Shown: positions 9,475-23,720 of the stretch, one piece after another
Numbering within the stretch: position 1 is the first letter of the stretch
Layout: each line of letters begins with the position of its first letter
Assembly (NCBI RefSeq): GCF_964188315.1
Contig: NC_135660.1
Coordinates: forward strand, 19,282,001-19,346,000
DNA: 64,000 nt
Direction of reading: 5' to 3'
Source of the DNA: Podarcis muralis
Taxonomy: Eukaryota
The notes under the pieces: generated by a model
What the model saw: only the letters and a program-made list of their open reading frames with translations
Database searches by the model: none
Told to the model about the DNA's origin: nothing
Translations under genes and position numbers: made by a program

Positions 9475-12400
9475 TTATGAAAGGTTAAATCCCAACAAAA
9501 GCAAACATGTCTGGCGATATACAGTATCCCATGGAAACCCTGGGCGTTTATTTCCAAGTTAATGTGACGGTGATGAAGTATAAAATTGCTATGGCTCTAT
9601 TTATAATAATGATCCAACCCAATTCTTCATTTCCTGGTATGAATTTTTAACCTGACAATATAAAACACAGGCACTTTATGTGCCAACCATTGCTCTCTCC
9701 AGTCATAATCATTACATTTGAGTTTATAAATTTTCTATAACCACCACTTCCCCTCCAGCTAAAGCTGCAATCCTAAACACACCTACTAGGCATTAAGTTC
9801 TGTTGAACTTGGTGGGACTTAGTTCTGAGTGAACATGCTGATGAGTTGGTTCCCCACCACTCAGGCAATAGCACATAGCTACGTATCCAGTAAGATGAAG
9901 TCCCAGAATGTCCATATGAGCAAATTCCCTTAAACAAGTGGTGTGACCCTGTTATTCTAAAATTTTATTAACTCGTTTAAATGAAATAAAATAAACTTAG
10001 AGCGCACGAGCTCCATAGGCAAGACATTTTTATTGACTAAATCGGTACTCTTTCAATACCAAATTGATGAACAATCATGGCCGATGATCTTATTAAAGCT
10101 ATTTTGCATATTTATGAAGACCCTGTAGCTTAATATAGTGTTATAGGACCATGAAAGTTTATGTAGGCCTCTAGAAATGTCAGCCTAGTACTCCAAGGGT
10201 CCCATAAAATGGAGTATTACTTGCTTAAATCACATCCCAACTAAAATAAAAACCAGTAGTTGTTTTATTAGTTTGTCCTCATTGAAACAAAATCCAATTT
10301 TCCTATGTAGTGGTTCTAATAACTGGAGGCCCAGAATGGAGGACCGTTAAGGCTAACAATGTAGACATAAATTCAAGACTTAAATTTCACTTAATAGAAA
10401 ATGATTTCTCAGTGGAGAGCTGTAAGTTGGAGTTTAAGGAAGCAGAACTCTTAAAGAAAGAAAAACAAAATGACACGTGTGGGTGTTATGGCTCTTTGAT
10501 GGGTGCTGAGGGTCTAGCTATGTGTTATGTTCACCACACAGAAGCAACCAGATTCTGAAGGCTCCTCCAGAGGTTTGAGGACAGCTGGAAGGATAGTATT
10601 GGTAACATTAGTATTAGTCGTGGTGCTTTATTATATTTATTTGTCGCTTACTACAAATAGTGTCAAAGCAACTTACAATTATAAAAGCAATTATAAAATA
10701 ATAAAAGTGAAATAACTAAAAGTGATCCGCTTGCAATAACATAGAAAGGACAAATCCTACCCCACCATACTCAATATGAACACCAGTTACTATGATCATA
10801 CTCTATGACCCAAGTAAGACTCAAATGCTTGGGTGAATGGGAACACCTAAACATTGGTCTTGAGGGCACCAGGCAACCCACAGTCGGTGGGCCACCACTG
10901 AAAAGACAAATACTTAAGTTGCCAACCTCTCTTGGAGGGAAGGTACATGAGGAATGGTGTCAGATGTTTGATTCAGGGTGCCAGTAGGTTCATATGTGAA
11001 GAGGTGGTTCCTGAGCTGTGAGATTTTATGTGTCAAAACCAGTACTTTGAATTGAGCCCTGACTTAATGAGAGACTTGGCTTAAAGTCAAGCCCAAATGG
11101 AAGGAGATGTGGCAGTTCACCTCTACTGTCTTTTAACTCTTCCCTCCTTTCATCGAAAGAAGAAAATAAAGGAAGAAGCTTCACTTCCTTCTTCACTGGA
11201 GGTGAGGGGGTGTGACCTCACTGAGTCTAGGAATACAGCTCTGTGGTCTTAACCCCTTCACGCATTAACTAGCCCTAAGCTTGCTAGTTATTTTTGACTG
11301 CAATCTTCAAGGGCAGTTGAAGGGCATCTTCCAGAGGTACTTGCTGCAGAATTAAGCTGCTATGAAGGGGACAATGACATGACAATGGCAGTCAACAGCT
11401 TCTTTATAATACTGTACATCTGTGGAGCCATTAGGATAAGCAAGCAACTGGAGGCCATAACCTAGATGACAAGTCTACATACACATGGTTTCCTCAAGGG
11501 ATATACATTACAATGGATTTTCTCTGGCAGGAAGCATGGATCCTTTCTTAGCTGCAGTCGAGCAAACCCAAACCCATTGCAACTACAGAAATTTTACTAA
11601 CTGAGCTACGTGAAACCTTTACATGATTTGGTAGCCCCTGTTCCTCAGTAACATATTGCTTCTCTGGCCCTCAGGTTGTTCAAAGGATTGGTTCTCTCTG
11701 TTCTTCAGACGCAATTATCCATTTGAAGTTCTAATACCAGCTGGACCCCCCACAAACCTCTTTTCAAAAAACAGGAGAGGGAAATAGAAAACACATTGTT
11801 AATGTGATATTTGAAGCGTAGCCCCTCAAACTGGGATTTCCCAGTAGGGTCGGAACGTTACACTGCTTTGCCTATTTAATAGTATAATAAATCAAGGGGG
11901 GTCACTATTTTAACTCTTATAACAGGAGAATAAGAAGAGGCCCTTTTAAAACGAACAGAAATCTTGCGGTGTTTTTCCTTGCATCTAGGAATTCACCGCT
12001 GCTACATGCAAATAAGTTTTTAAATAATAATAAAAAACAGGAAGCATGTTGCTACAATTTATTCTAAAACTAAGCCACAAAAAATGAAAGTTTACAAGCC
12101 CAGATGAATGCAATTTGAGTGTATTCTTCGGAGCCTGAGGCACCTTGACCAGACACCATATATTAGGAGGGTTACCCATCAAAGCGCTAAAAGCATTATC
12201 TTAATCTTAAGGGTTATATTTTATAGCTCTCCTTGTTCCATTTGACAGCCTTATCTCCACAAGTGACTGCTGGAGGCAAGGATTCTGTAGTTGTTTCTGC
12301 CTCTGAAGCACCAACACCCATTTGTACAGAATAATAAAAATGCTAGCGAGCAATTAATTTATCCATCCTCCCGCCTTGTCCTGATACTATATAAGTTCAA

Positions 12401-12898
12401 ATATCAAGGAAGTCAGGAGCATTAATCTTCCGAGATTCCAGCCGCAGGGGATTTCACAAAGAGTTTGGTATCTGGCATGCAATCCGGACATCAGCTTGCA
12501 TTTGAACACACAAACACACACGCAATACATTTCTGTCAGGGATGTTTTCAGGGGTACTTTTGAAATTACACAGCCCATAGACTGTCCCTGCCTTTAACCA
12601 TCCATGGGGACAAGGATTCTAAGACACACTGAGAACTGACCCATCCACAAGGACTTCTGCTTTCGTCCCAGGGAAAGTGACAGTCATGTTTTGGCAGTTT
12701 CTCCTGAATCTCATTTATGGTGAGATATACAGGCATTTGAAACACCAGGGAATTTGGCAGGCTGTGCGCCTCTCTTTTATGATATATCTTAGAAACTGCT
12801 TTGGAAGGCTAGAGAGAGAGCTGATGTCCACCCCCTGCAGCTTGAGTCAATGCCCCCATACAGCTGAAAGATGTGTGATATTTTGCAGAGGTAGTAAA

Positions 12899-13197
12899 TG
12901 TTATGTATTCAGTGGTCTGTGTTTTCCTGAGCTTGAGTCTGGACTAAGGATTCTGAGTCCCTGTGCTCTGATTCAATAGATGATATCCAATCACAGAACT
13001 TTTCAGGATTTGGGCCTCTGCCAAACTCTGAGTCATGATTCGCAGCTTGGAAGTTTAGACAGCCAATCACGTTGGGAGTGGGAGTGGCCCAGGCCTTCAG
13101 AAATGTATATAAGCAGTTGCTTTGCCCCTGTTGTCCAGTTCTGTTAGTTCAATAAAGGTTCTTGCTGTTATCACTGTGTCTTGCCTCGTGGGAACAT
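12899..13197 (+). mobile_element. Putative LTR (solo or with a PBS remnant)
   Basis: TGTTATGTA start and GGGAACA end; two CCAAT boxes, TATATAAG and AATAAA in LTR order; followed by TGGTGCC. No TSD found. Confidence 0.5.
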
Positions 13198-14480
13198 GGT
13201 GCCATTCAGATGTTATTAAACGACAGCTTCTGCCTTCCTTTTGGCCAATGGTGTTTTATGGAAAGCAGTATAGAAATATTTAAGTAACAAAATAAAAAAA
13301 TAAAAAAACAGGCAACAGGAAAATGCATCCACCAGGCTCAAAACAGTTCCCCATACAAGAGCTGACTTTAAACTCTCCCCGCGCAAACACCTGTGCAACA
13401 TTTATTCAGCAATATTTTGAAATGTTCAGTCATATGTCCCTGTACATTCAACAGATCATCAGATAAAGTAATGATGCAATGACACACCAGCTTAAGCACA
13501 CAATGCTGTTGGGTGTTTTGGCCAATGTCATGTATTGCCACTCAAAATCAGGCCATTTCCAATGCCTTATTGCCTTGCATAGACCCACATGGCTCCATTA
13601 ATGGGAATGAACCCACAAATCAATGGGAGGAGGATTAACAAAAAAAAGTTCGTAAAACTGGGAAGATGTAATATCGGTGAAACAGGTAGAAAGCCTGGTG
13701 AATTATGGGGAATGCGACAATAAAAAGGCCACAAGTATGTTTCAATTTTTAAAGTTCTCCACCAAGGGGGACAGCATATTTGATGAGAAGTTCCATTTCA
13801 AAGCACCCCTTCTGGAGCATAAAACTGACAACCACATTAATCTGGTTCGGCCTGGTATGAACAATCCTCATGGCTCTCTCTGAAACAAATAATACGATGT
13901 CTCTTTCAGAGGAACTCCTTGTTTCAAGGTTGCTACATTTTGAATTCATCTTCATGAAGCCCCCCTGCTTACAGTGAAGTACCTTCATTTTTCACCACAA
14001 CAGCTCTATAGTGCACAATGCACCTGCTTCCCTGGCATCTTAACTCTGCACTTGGCGCTTGCAAGTGCTCCCTTTGATGCTCCTGAGAGAGGAGATGAAA
14101 GAAAAATCCACTGAGCCAAGGCGCCTTACTCAGCTGCTGCAGAGGTAGAGGCCCTTTCAAGCCCATAGGCCCCATTTCCTTGTTGCCAGCTTCTTGAGGG
14201 GTGAGCAGGGTCAAAATGTGGGCCAGGCCAAAGCTGTCAATGGACACAGCCGCTCCACAGTTTCTCACCCACATGCAACACACAAACATACCAGTGAGGG
14301 TGAGAGACATTTGGCCTTCAAGAAGTTGCTGAACTACAACTCCCATCAGCCCTAGGAAGCATGACCAATGTTCAGGAATGATGGGAGTTGCAGTTCAGCA
14401 GTATCTGGAGGGCCAAATGTTCCCCACACCTGCTGTACACACAAACGCACACACACACACATCCTGACATCTTCACATCC

Positions 14481-15222
14481 NNNNNNNNNNNNNNNNNNNN
14501 NNNNNNNNNNNNNNNNNNNNNNNNNNNNNNNNNNNNNNNNNNNNNNNNNNNNNNNNNNNNNNNNNNNNNNNNNNNNNNNNNNNNNNNNNNNNNNNNNNNN
14601 NNNNNNNNNNNNNNNNNNNNNNNNNNNNNNNNNNNNNNNNNNNNNNNNNNNNNNNNNNNNNNNNNNNNNNNNNNNNNNNNNNNNNNNNNNNNNNNNNNNN
14701 NNNNNNNNNNNNNNNNNNNNNNNNNNNNNNNNNNNNNNNNNNNNNNNNNNNNNNNNNNNNNNNNNNNNNNNNNNNNNNNNNNNNNNNNNNNNNNNNNNNN
14801 NNNNNNNNNNNNNNNNNNNNNNNNNNNNNNNNNNNNNNNNNNNNNNNNNNNNNNNNNNNNNNNNNNNNNNNNNNNNNNNNNNNNNNNNNNNNNNNNNNNN
14901 NNNNNNNNNNNNNNNNNNNNNNNNNNNNNNNNNNNNNNNNNNNNNNNNNNNNNNNNNNNNNNNNNNNNNNNNNNNNNNNNNNNNNNNNNNNNNNNNNNNN
15001 NNNNNNNNNNNNNNNNNNNNNNNNNNNNNNNNNNNNNNNNNNNNNNNNNNNNNNNNNNNNNNNNNNNNNNNNNNNNNNNNNNNNNNNNNNNNNNNNNNNN
15101 NNNNNNNNNNNNNNNNNNNNNNNNNNNNNNNNNNNNNNNNNNNNNNNNNNNNNNNNNNNNNNNNNNNNNNNNNNNNNNNNNNNNNNNNNNNNNNNNNNNN
15201 NNNNNNNNNNNNNNNNNNNNNN
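14481..15222. other. Assembly gap (742 N)
   Basis: Run of N; right flank is a GATA repeat. Confidence 1.
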
Positions 15223-17230
15223 GATGATAGATCGATCTATCTCACACAGAGAACTCTTTCCTGCAACCCAGCTAGGCAAAATCATTAACTTTCCTTCTTT
15301 TGCTATCAGTGTACAACCACTTTCACCCCCTGCTTCCCACAGGTTAATGACAGTGACAAATGGCACATCCTACAAGGAGAGCACACTGCTGTTAGATGAT
15401 TACATCAAGCAGCTTATTAAGGCGACTGTGGCAGTTGCAATCTCCATCTTTCCAGTGTAGTTTCAAGCTACCAGGAACACTTGTCTGAAAACAAACTGTA
15501 TTAGCCCCCGAATGTGATGCTCCTGGAGAGAGGGCTAATAACACGGGCGGAGCCTTTCCGTTCAGTCCTCTGTGTCATCTCAGCCCCCGCTGTGAACAGA
15601 AAGAACAGCGCTGCCTCCATCTGATATATTTTGGGAGGCGGTTTGGAAAGACCTTGTGAGGCAGGCACAGTAGTCTGCTTCCCAGTGCCAGGGCGAGGGT
15701 AAATAGCAGAGCAAAAGACACAAGTGTGGGTTAAGGAGACGTTATGAAGCTAAAGAGAGGCAGGAGGAGGTTTTCAGACAAGGGCTCAAGAAATGTTGTT
15801 TGGTAGTCCAATAGCAGAGGTTCTAGGCTTGGAAGGAAAAAGCTGCTTTAAGAGCTGCTTCTTTTACACTGAGCAGATGATCAGCTTGAGGTAATCTTTA
15901 CCTCCTGTTTTCAGCATGCAGTGCTGCATAAATGTTAGCAAAACAGCAGAAGCTTTGCTTTCATACTTTGCTTATTGTGGAGAATTTGATGCAAAGGGAG
16001 TTGGCTGGTGGCAGGCAGAAGAAAGAGAGGGGTACATCTGGACAGCTGCTCTTGCCTCACACCTCTGTAGCTTGGCAAGCAATTACGGAGGCACATGAAA
16101 ACAAGCCAAAGTTAAGCCAGGAAGCTGGGTTCTGATGTAATGACAAACCACAGTTAAGCCATGATTCATAGGCCAACAACAAACCATGGCTTCAAATAGC
16201 ACTGCAAGTTTGGACAACCCATCACTTAGTCTTATATGTAAACACGGCCAATGCTACTGGTTAGCCATTGCCAAACTTTGCCATAATGCATCTTCTGTGA
16301 GGAAAACGACTGTTCATGCCTCCCAAACCATACGGAGGATTGGTTCGCACATTTGCATTCTTCATGTGCTTTCTCACCACTTGATTACCACAATTTGTGT
16401 CCCATTTTGTTTCCCATCTATATATTATGCAGAAGAAACACTTGCAATCAAACAGTCATATTACTTTATTATAGAACACTCCAAGGAATGCAATTTACTT
16501 AAGTACAAAAGCAATTTGATGAGCGAATAGACTTATTTTAATACATTGATTATATGATACAATTTCTACATCAAACTTTCATTGCACTTGATGATATTGG
16601 ATTGATAAACAAACTTTCTTAAAACGATTAATGTGACTGGAAGAAATGAGCACAAGATATTTTTAGCTATTCAATGCAAATACCTTTAGGTAAAATCCTG
16701 CAAGCCTTTTTCAGATTCTACAATAGCAACGCCCACTCCAAGGAAGGTCATGACTGCAGAAGGAATGCAGAGCTTGACCATGTCTGAATTAATCTAAAAC
16801 TAAGTTGAGATCACAGAATAATTTTCATTAGCTAAAAATTAAAACATGAACTCCTTTTGGAGGTTTTATCCAGCACAACCTCTCCCACAACCTGGTGTTT
16901 TCTGAATATTGTTGGACCACAACTCCTGTTATCCCTGACTGTTGGCTGTGCCCAAACTTTTTTCAAAGAAGGCCAGATTTGATGAAGTGAACATGCATGA
17001 GGGCCGAGCAAAGTTGTTGAGCTTTCTTTAGGATTGAAGTTGCTGAGCTTTCTTTAGGATTTTATACCAGGAAATATACTGCCATGGGGGCCAGATTGAA
17101 TCAACCAGTGGGCCAGATTAGGCCCCTAAAACAGACTTTGGACTTGCCTGGCTTAAGGGAACTGAAGGCCAAAACATCTGGAGAACATCAGGGAAACTAG
17201 CTGAACCAAACCACTGCCACAAATAAAACC

Positions 17231-17246
17231 TTTATTACATTTTATT
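17231..17246 (-). terminator. Two AATAAA polyadenylation signals for OTOL1
   Basis: TTTATT at 17231-17236 and 17241-17246, about 200 bp past the stop codon. Confidence 0.65.
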
Positions 17247-17446
17247 ATGCAACAATAAAAATTTACTCTGAAATAGGTTCTACGTGCTTTAGTGCAATAC
17301 AATTAATAAACATGCCTTTTTAAAGAAATATTATAAATATATGGATTGCGGACTATGATATGGATTGTAAAATATGCTTCTTTAAAATAAACAAGAGAGA
17401 AGGGGGGGGGAATTCTTGGTAATGCATTCAAATCCAGACACCATAC

Positions 17447-18382
<936 letters not shown>

Positions 18383-18516
18383 TCAAGTAAACCACAAGGG
18401 ACATTGCAGCCTAGTCCACAGGCTAATTTCTTGCAGGCCTCCTCCCTGCTCAACACAGCTGGTTAGCCTAAATAAATGCTGAGCAATCCCAATGGGAAAG
18501 CTCTTTGAATAGCAAG

Positions 18517-18705
18517 GGCCTGTAGCTCAGTGGCAGAGCATCTGATTTGCATGTAGGAGGTCCCAGATTTAATCCCTGGCGTCTTCAGGTAAGCCTGGGA
18601 ATGTCCTCTATCTACTACCACCCTGGAGAGCCACTGTCCCTCACTGTGGATGATAGTGAGCTAGAGGGACCAATCGTCTGACTCGGTATATGGCAGCTTT
18701 CCAAC
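18517..18705 (+). mobile_element. Old SINE with a tRNA-Ala-like head
   Basis: GGGCCTGTAGCTCAGTGGCAGAGCA...TTTGCATG...GGTCCCAGATTTAATCCCTGGC head and GGACCAATCGTCTGACTCGGTATATGGCAGCTT tail; related copies near 42950-43105 and 46060-46258. Confidence 0.65.
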
Positions 18706-18916
18706 ACTTATCAGCAGTTTGTTGAGGGAGAGGAACGTGTGGTGAGACTGGGTCTGGGAACATCTGAGGACCACTATAGTTCTCAGATGTTCCAAGGAGA
18801 AGTCGGCTTGCAGCGCCCCCTCCAAATACCTCACACATCTCCCTGGCCCCTCCTATCACAAAAGAGGATGCTATTCTTTGCAAAGGTCCATTAGGCATAG
18901 AACTGTACATGTGAAG

Positions 18917-19114
18917 CAGGGGCACCAACTTGCCCCCACATACACGCACTGGTGGGCAGTGTCACATGACATGTTCCACCCCCACCCGGTGCACCAACAC
19001 TCTCCTGTTAGCAGCAGGGGATGGCAACCCCCTCAATATTGGGGGGCTCAGCCCCCTGCCCACAAATATTGAGGGGGCCGAAGCCCCTTTCGCCCCCTAT
19101 GGTTGGTGCCCCTG
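18917..19114. mobile_element. hAT MITE in OTOL1 intron 3
   Basis: Perfect 13-bp TIR CAGGGGCACCAAC / GTTGGTGCCCCTG; perfect 8-bp TSD ATGTGAAG. Confidence 0.9.
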
Positions 19115-19710
19115 ATGTGAAGTCATAACGTCTCATGGGGATCCAAGAACCCCTCCACCGGGGAAGGAACTTTGTGACGATGTAATTGTATTGACTAGAA
19201 GAGTTGTGTAGCCTGGTGTGATTAAAAGGAAAAAGGGAAAAACTTGAAGAGAAGCACAGGACTACAAGAAATGGCAATTTGAGGATGTCATTCCCAACCA
19301 GGTGCCATAGCAAATTATAGCTGTTGGTTGCTTCTCTAGCAAAATGATCTAGTATGTGTTGGGAGTAAACGGCGACACTTGCTATTCGCTACCTGAATGG
19401 GGGGGGGGGGGCAATAAACTGAAAGACAACCTGTTCTTACTCCTCAAATAGTCCTTCTCTTCTAGTAGCTGCTTGTTGATGAAGAAGATCATTTCCTTTC
19501 GGACTTTGCTTCCTTCCTGCTTCACTCTAGCCAGTTCTAGCCAGTTACAGTATGAGCTACTGCCTCCATTTTGGCCACATGTAAAGCCAGAATGGCTTTG
19601 TTTGCCATGTCTTTATTTTTATGTTTCTTTTATTTTTTCAGTCAGCATTCTTATTAGATTATTTATTTCTACACATGTACAAACATACTTTACCAAACTG
19701 TAACAGTATG

Positions 19711-19766
<56 letters not shown>

Positions 19767-19773
19767 GATAGAT
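19711..19773 (+). repeat. (GATA)n microsatellite
   Basis: Direct reading. Confidence 0.95.
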
Positions 19774-20086
19774 ATATTCCACTCCTGTAACTTCATATCC
19801 TACTCCATCTCCCATCTGCTCAGTTTTTCACATGGTTTTGTGATTTTCTGGGCCTCTTTTCCCTTGTCACCAGGCCTCACTCATTCATCCACCTCCCACC
19901 CCAGAACTTGGCACTGATCCACTACAAGCAGTATACAATCTGTGCTTAGCATTGACATGTGACAGCTGGGCATATGGTGACAACTTGTGGCCAATGGAAG
20001 AGATTGGGTTCAACGAGAGTGTAAAATTCTTATGCTTTATGAACAGACCCATCTCCCTAACTCTCATCAAATTTAATGTGGCATAC

Positions 20087-20158
20087 CTTGTTCTCCTGTC
20101 TTGCCTGGAAATCCCGGGATTCCATTTGCTCCTTGGGCTCCATGTTCTCCTTTATCTC
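20087..20158 (-). CDS. OTOL1: Otolin-1 exon 3 (72 bp)
   Basis: CACAG|GA...CAAG|GTATG; encodes (G)DKGEHGAQGANGIPGFPGKTGEQ(G); phase 1-1. Confidence 0.88.
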
Positions 20159-21081
20159 CTGTGACATTTTTACAATAGAATGTTCTGTTATTGGTGTTCT
20201 TTGGAATGTCCCTACATGTCAAATGACTTATACATCACATTTCATCTCTTGCCTTTCACTCAAAATGAGGGCACATCTCATTCCAAACAAACATATAGTA
20301 AGTGCAAATAAACATTTTAGGTTGCATTCCATGAATTCAATTGTTCGTCAGGTAATTGTGACCTGTGAAAGAAGGTTTCCTGATACAAAGATGGTCAGAC
20401 AAATAGAATAAATTCTGCTGGAATCATAGAATTGTAGAGTTTGATCTAAGGGTCATCTAGTCCAAATCCCTGAAATGCAGGAATCACAGGTAGTCCAATC
20501 CCTGACAGTTGGACATCCAACCTTGGTTGGTTGGTTGGTTGGTTGGTTAATTGCTTGGCTGGCTGGCCTCATCTGACTCAAGCACACCCGCCTCCTCCTC
20601 CTCCTCCTCAGTAGGCTGCCTCAGCCTCATCTAAAGATCTGGGGGCAAGGCGCCCACGAAACTGCTGCTACTGCCAGCAACAGCAGCAGGATGCACAGTG
20701 AAGAGCATTCCCTGCCTCTTGAGAGAGGCGCAGGCTGAGGGAGAGGGTGTGCTATTTTTTTTTTCTTCTGAAATTTTGCACCCCAATAGTTTTGCACCCA
20801 AGGCATCTGACCCTTTGGACCCCTCCCCCCCCCCCCAATGCTATGCCGGTGTCTGTGATTGTAAGTTGTTTTAGACTTTTCTTAACATTGAGGGTTGTAA
20901 CGCAGTCTGGAACCTGAGGGTGAAGGGCAAGATGATGCTAACCCTATTGGAGGTCAGAAGCTGAAAAAAGAGGTTCAAGCCTGAAAATGTGAAAGAAGTT
21001 GGGGTTTCCTTCATTTCACGCTCCGAAGACATTACTGTGCAAAACATTCATTTTTCAAACAGTTCACTTGTGTGTCCATAC

Positions 21082-21171
21082 CTTTGTCTCCTTTGAATCC
21101 TCTTGCACCTTGTAGTCCAGGACTTCCTGGTAGACCCTGAAGTCCTTTTTCTCCCGCCTCTCCTTTCAGAC
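21082..21171 (-). CDS. OTOL1: Otolin-1 exon 2 (90 bp)
   Basis: AATAG|GT...AAAG|GTATG; encodes (G)LKGEAGEKGLQGLPGSPGLQGARGFKGDK(G). Confidence 0.92.
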
Positions 21172-21856
21172 CTATTTACAGAGTGGACATTTGAAAAATC
21201 TGCTGCAAGCAAAACAAAAAGTCTTGTAGCATCTTGAGGGCTAACCAATATCTCATGAGACTTACGCCGTGACAGATTGCTGTTGGTCTCAAAAGCTTCA
21301 CAAGATGTTGTGTTGCCTTTGCTGCAACAGAGCAGCAGGCCTGTCCCCCTGGAAGCAAGTTGCATGACCACACAAGTTTGCCAACAAGGCACTGATATAT
21401 TCCCCTTTACACTGCATCTAGTTTCACAGACACTAAATAAGAATGAAGATTACTCAGTGATGTTGTTGTTATCAAACTAGCAGACTTTTGAAATCCTAAA
21501 ACAGATGTATACGTCATTAGCCATGGAAGCTAAATACAGGAATGCTCAAGTTACAGAGGGGCCTGAAGAAGGGACCTTTTGTGATAGTCACCTTAGTTAC
21601 TTAGGTACTGTTTTAAGGAGACAACTTAACTCTGCCGCATCTTTAGCCCTGCCACACACAGCAGCCAGGGTGAAAGGGAGGGCAAGCAGATCACTGCACT
21701 GGCATGCAGCTGGTGCAGTGATCAGGCCTGGATCAGGCCTCCTGCCATCATGTGATGGCAGCCAGATTGTTTCAGGATCCAATAGATCCCAAGTTGGCTC
21801 AACACCCAGCTCCATGCCCCAGAAGGCCAACATACAGTGGGCAAAAGGAGTAGCTA

Positions 21857-22361
21857 TGTATGGACTGGCCGGATACAGAGGAATGGTGGAAGGGACCAGC
21901 TAGGGAACCCCCAGGGAAAGAAGGCTCAGAGCCCAGGGATTGGCAGTGTTCAGAGGGAGAAGAGGGAGAGGACTGGAGGGAGGAGGTGTTGGAAGCTGAA
22001 GAGCTAACAGGGTTCAGTGAGCGGGAAGAGCCTCTGGCAGAGAGAAGTCCAGAAGGAGAAGCAGGAGAGGAAGGAGGCCAAGAGGCAAAGATGAGTCAGG
22101 TTGGTGAAGAAGCCAGGGTATCTCCCCCTCCTGCTGCGACAAGCTCTCCTCCCCTCTCAGATTGCTTGGGAAACCCTGGGAGAGGAGGAGACTTAGGCAG
22201 CTGTGGGAAGGCAAGGACTTTCAGTCTCCACCTCATAGGGGCAAGATCAACCAAGAAGAGTTGCTGTACCCATTAGACCTGGTACTCCTGAGCGGACCTT
22301 GCTTCTTCTAATAGTTAACTCCAGTTATTCCATGTGATTTATTGCTGGCTGGATGCTGACA
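21857..22361 (+). mobile_element. Putative solo LTR in OTOL1 intron 1
   Basis: TG...CA termini and a purine-rich body resembling a repeat I recognise from lacertid genomes; no TSD seen. Confidence 0.5.
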
Positions 22362-22892
22362 CTCTGCTCCAGTGACCCTGGCATCAGCCTGCAGGTGGCC
22401 AATGGAGGACAGCAGAGCTGGACAACTCTCCCCAATCCAAACCACCACCCCAAAGCAGGTTTGGACTGCTCTCCCAGAAAGTTACAGGGGTGATTTGGTT
22501 AAAATTGAGGAGCAGGGCTTAAGGATTTCAGCAAGCTGCTCTTTTTTACTCACCAGCCCCCAAATAATTTAAGAATTGTTTCAGCAACAGTATACTTCCA
22601 CCAGATGCTTGAGACAAACAGATCCTGTGCTGCCTTTTTAAAAATCTATATTTTCATATATTCTAGCTTTACCTTGATCATGGCACCGCATCGCTCTTCC
22701 CCAGTGATTGACTTGTGATGAATTAAAATGTTTGCACCTATTTCTCTCCCTCCCTCCTTCCTTCCCTCTCTCTCTCTCTCTCTCTCACCCACCCACCCAC
22801 ACACACACACACATCCTGCTTATTTCAGTCTGGAAATAAGAATGACAAAGGGCCATGGTAAATCACTCAGTAGTGCATTAGCCTTTCCATAC

Positions 22893-23259
22893 CTGGCAAT
22901 CCTCGCTCTCCGGGTTCGCCTTTCTCCCCTGGGGTGGCAGCACAGCAATCGCAGCAGTTAAAGAAGAAGTCGGATGAGTCGAGGGTGAAGTTTTCAAAAG
23001 GGAAGAGAGTGGTGGCTGTTCGGAAGGCGTAGTTTGGAGTGGAGAGCTCCAAGGTGGAGTCGCTTGTCTCTGCTGGTTCAGTGAAATGGTTGTCTTCAGT
23101 GGGTGAAGCATCAGATGCACCAAGGCCGTCTCCGTCTTCCACGCCAGCCACTTTTATCTTTGTGAACTTGGGCGATGGGGTACTTTTGCCCTCTGTGCTC
23201 AGTTTAGCAACAGTGATTACCACTGCCAAGACAGCACACCACCAGTGCATGCTCCACAT
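22893..23259 (-). CDS. OTOL1: Otolin-1 exon 1: signal peptide, N-terminal region, Cys cluster and start of collagen
   Basis: MWSMHWWCAVLAVVITVA...FPFENFTLDSSDFFFNCCDCC...PGEKGEPGERGLP(G); donor CCAG|GTATG. The four exons sum to 1428 bp, 475 aa. Confidence 0.95.
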
Positions 23260-23327
23260 TTCTGCAGCTGCTGGAAAAGATTGATGCAACAGTCACACCT
23301 TCAGAATATTCCTACCACTACTAGTAA

Positions 23328-23347
23328 ATATATATATATATATATAT
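23328..23347 (-). promoter_or_regulatory. (TA)n tract at the expected TATA-box position of OTOL1
   Basis: Lies about 70-90 bp upstream of the ATG at 23259. Confidence 0.4.
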
Positions 23348-23389
23348 TCCCTTCCCTTCACCAGCAGGTCCCATGGAGGGTTACAACAA

Positions 23390-23720
23390 TTCAGAATTAA
23401 ACGCAGTTACAGAAGATTACAGTCGCAGGATTAGGATGGGTCCTGGAAAGACATGTCTCAGGTGCCAAAGGCTTGTGTCTTCATCATCTGCTGAAAGCTG
23501 CATAGCAAAGAAGCCAGGACCATCTTTCCAAGAAGGCAATTCCACAATTTAGGGGCTACCACAGATAATGCCCTCTCCTTGGCCACCCACCCCCATTTCT
23601 GAGGAAGATAGAAGTACCAAGAAGAGGACAGTTCTGCTGACCTTAACATCTAGGAGGATCCAGAGGGATTTGGGTGACACACTCTCAAACATTTGGGGCC
23701 TAAGTCATTTAGATCTTCAA
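23390..23720 (-). mobile_element. Degraded L2 LINE 3' fragment
   Basis: Translation ERALSVVAPKLWNCL...SFQQMMKT matches the L2 ORF2 C-terminal pattern (RAFSxxAPxLWNxLP...FKxxLKT). Confidence 0.65.

Noticed and set aside
14368-15366. Long ORFs spanning 14.4-15.4, 31.0-31.6 and 45.4-45.9 kb
   Set aside because: Artefacts of translating N gaps.
18517-18590. tRNA-Ala-like sequence (also near 42950) and tRNA-Ile-like sequence near 37709 as tRNA genes
   Set aside because: The stems and box B are degenerate, and each continues into a SINE body and tail.
18805-18825. GGAGGGGGCGCT as a second CTCF site
   Set aside because: Only the 3' half of the core matches.
21860-22276. 138-aa acidic ORF in OTOL1 intron 1 as an antisense gene
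   Set aside because: It lies within a purine-rich LTR-like repeat and shows no recognisable domain.
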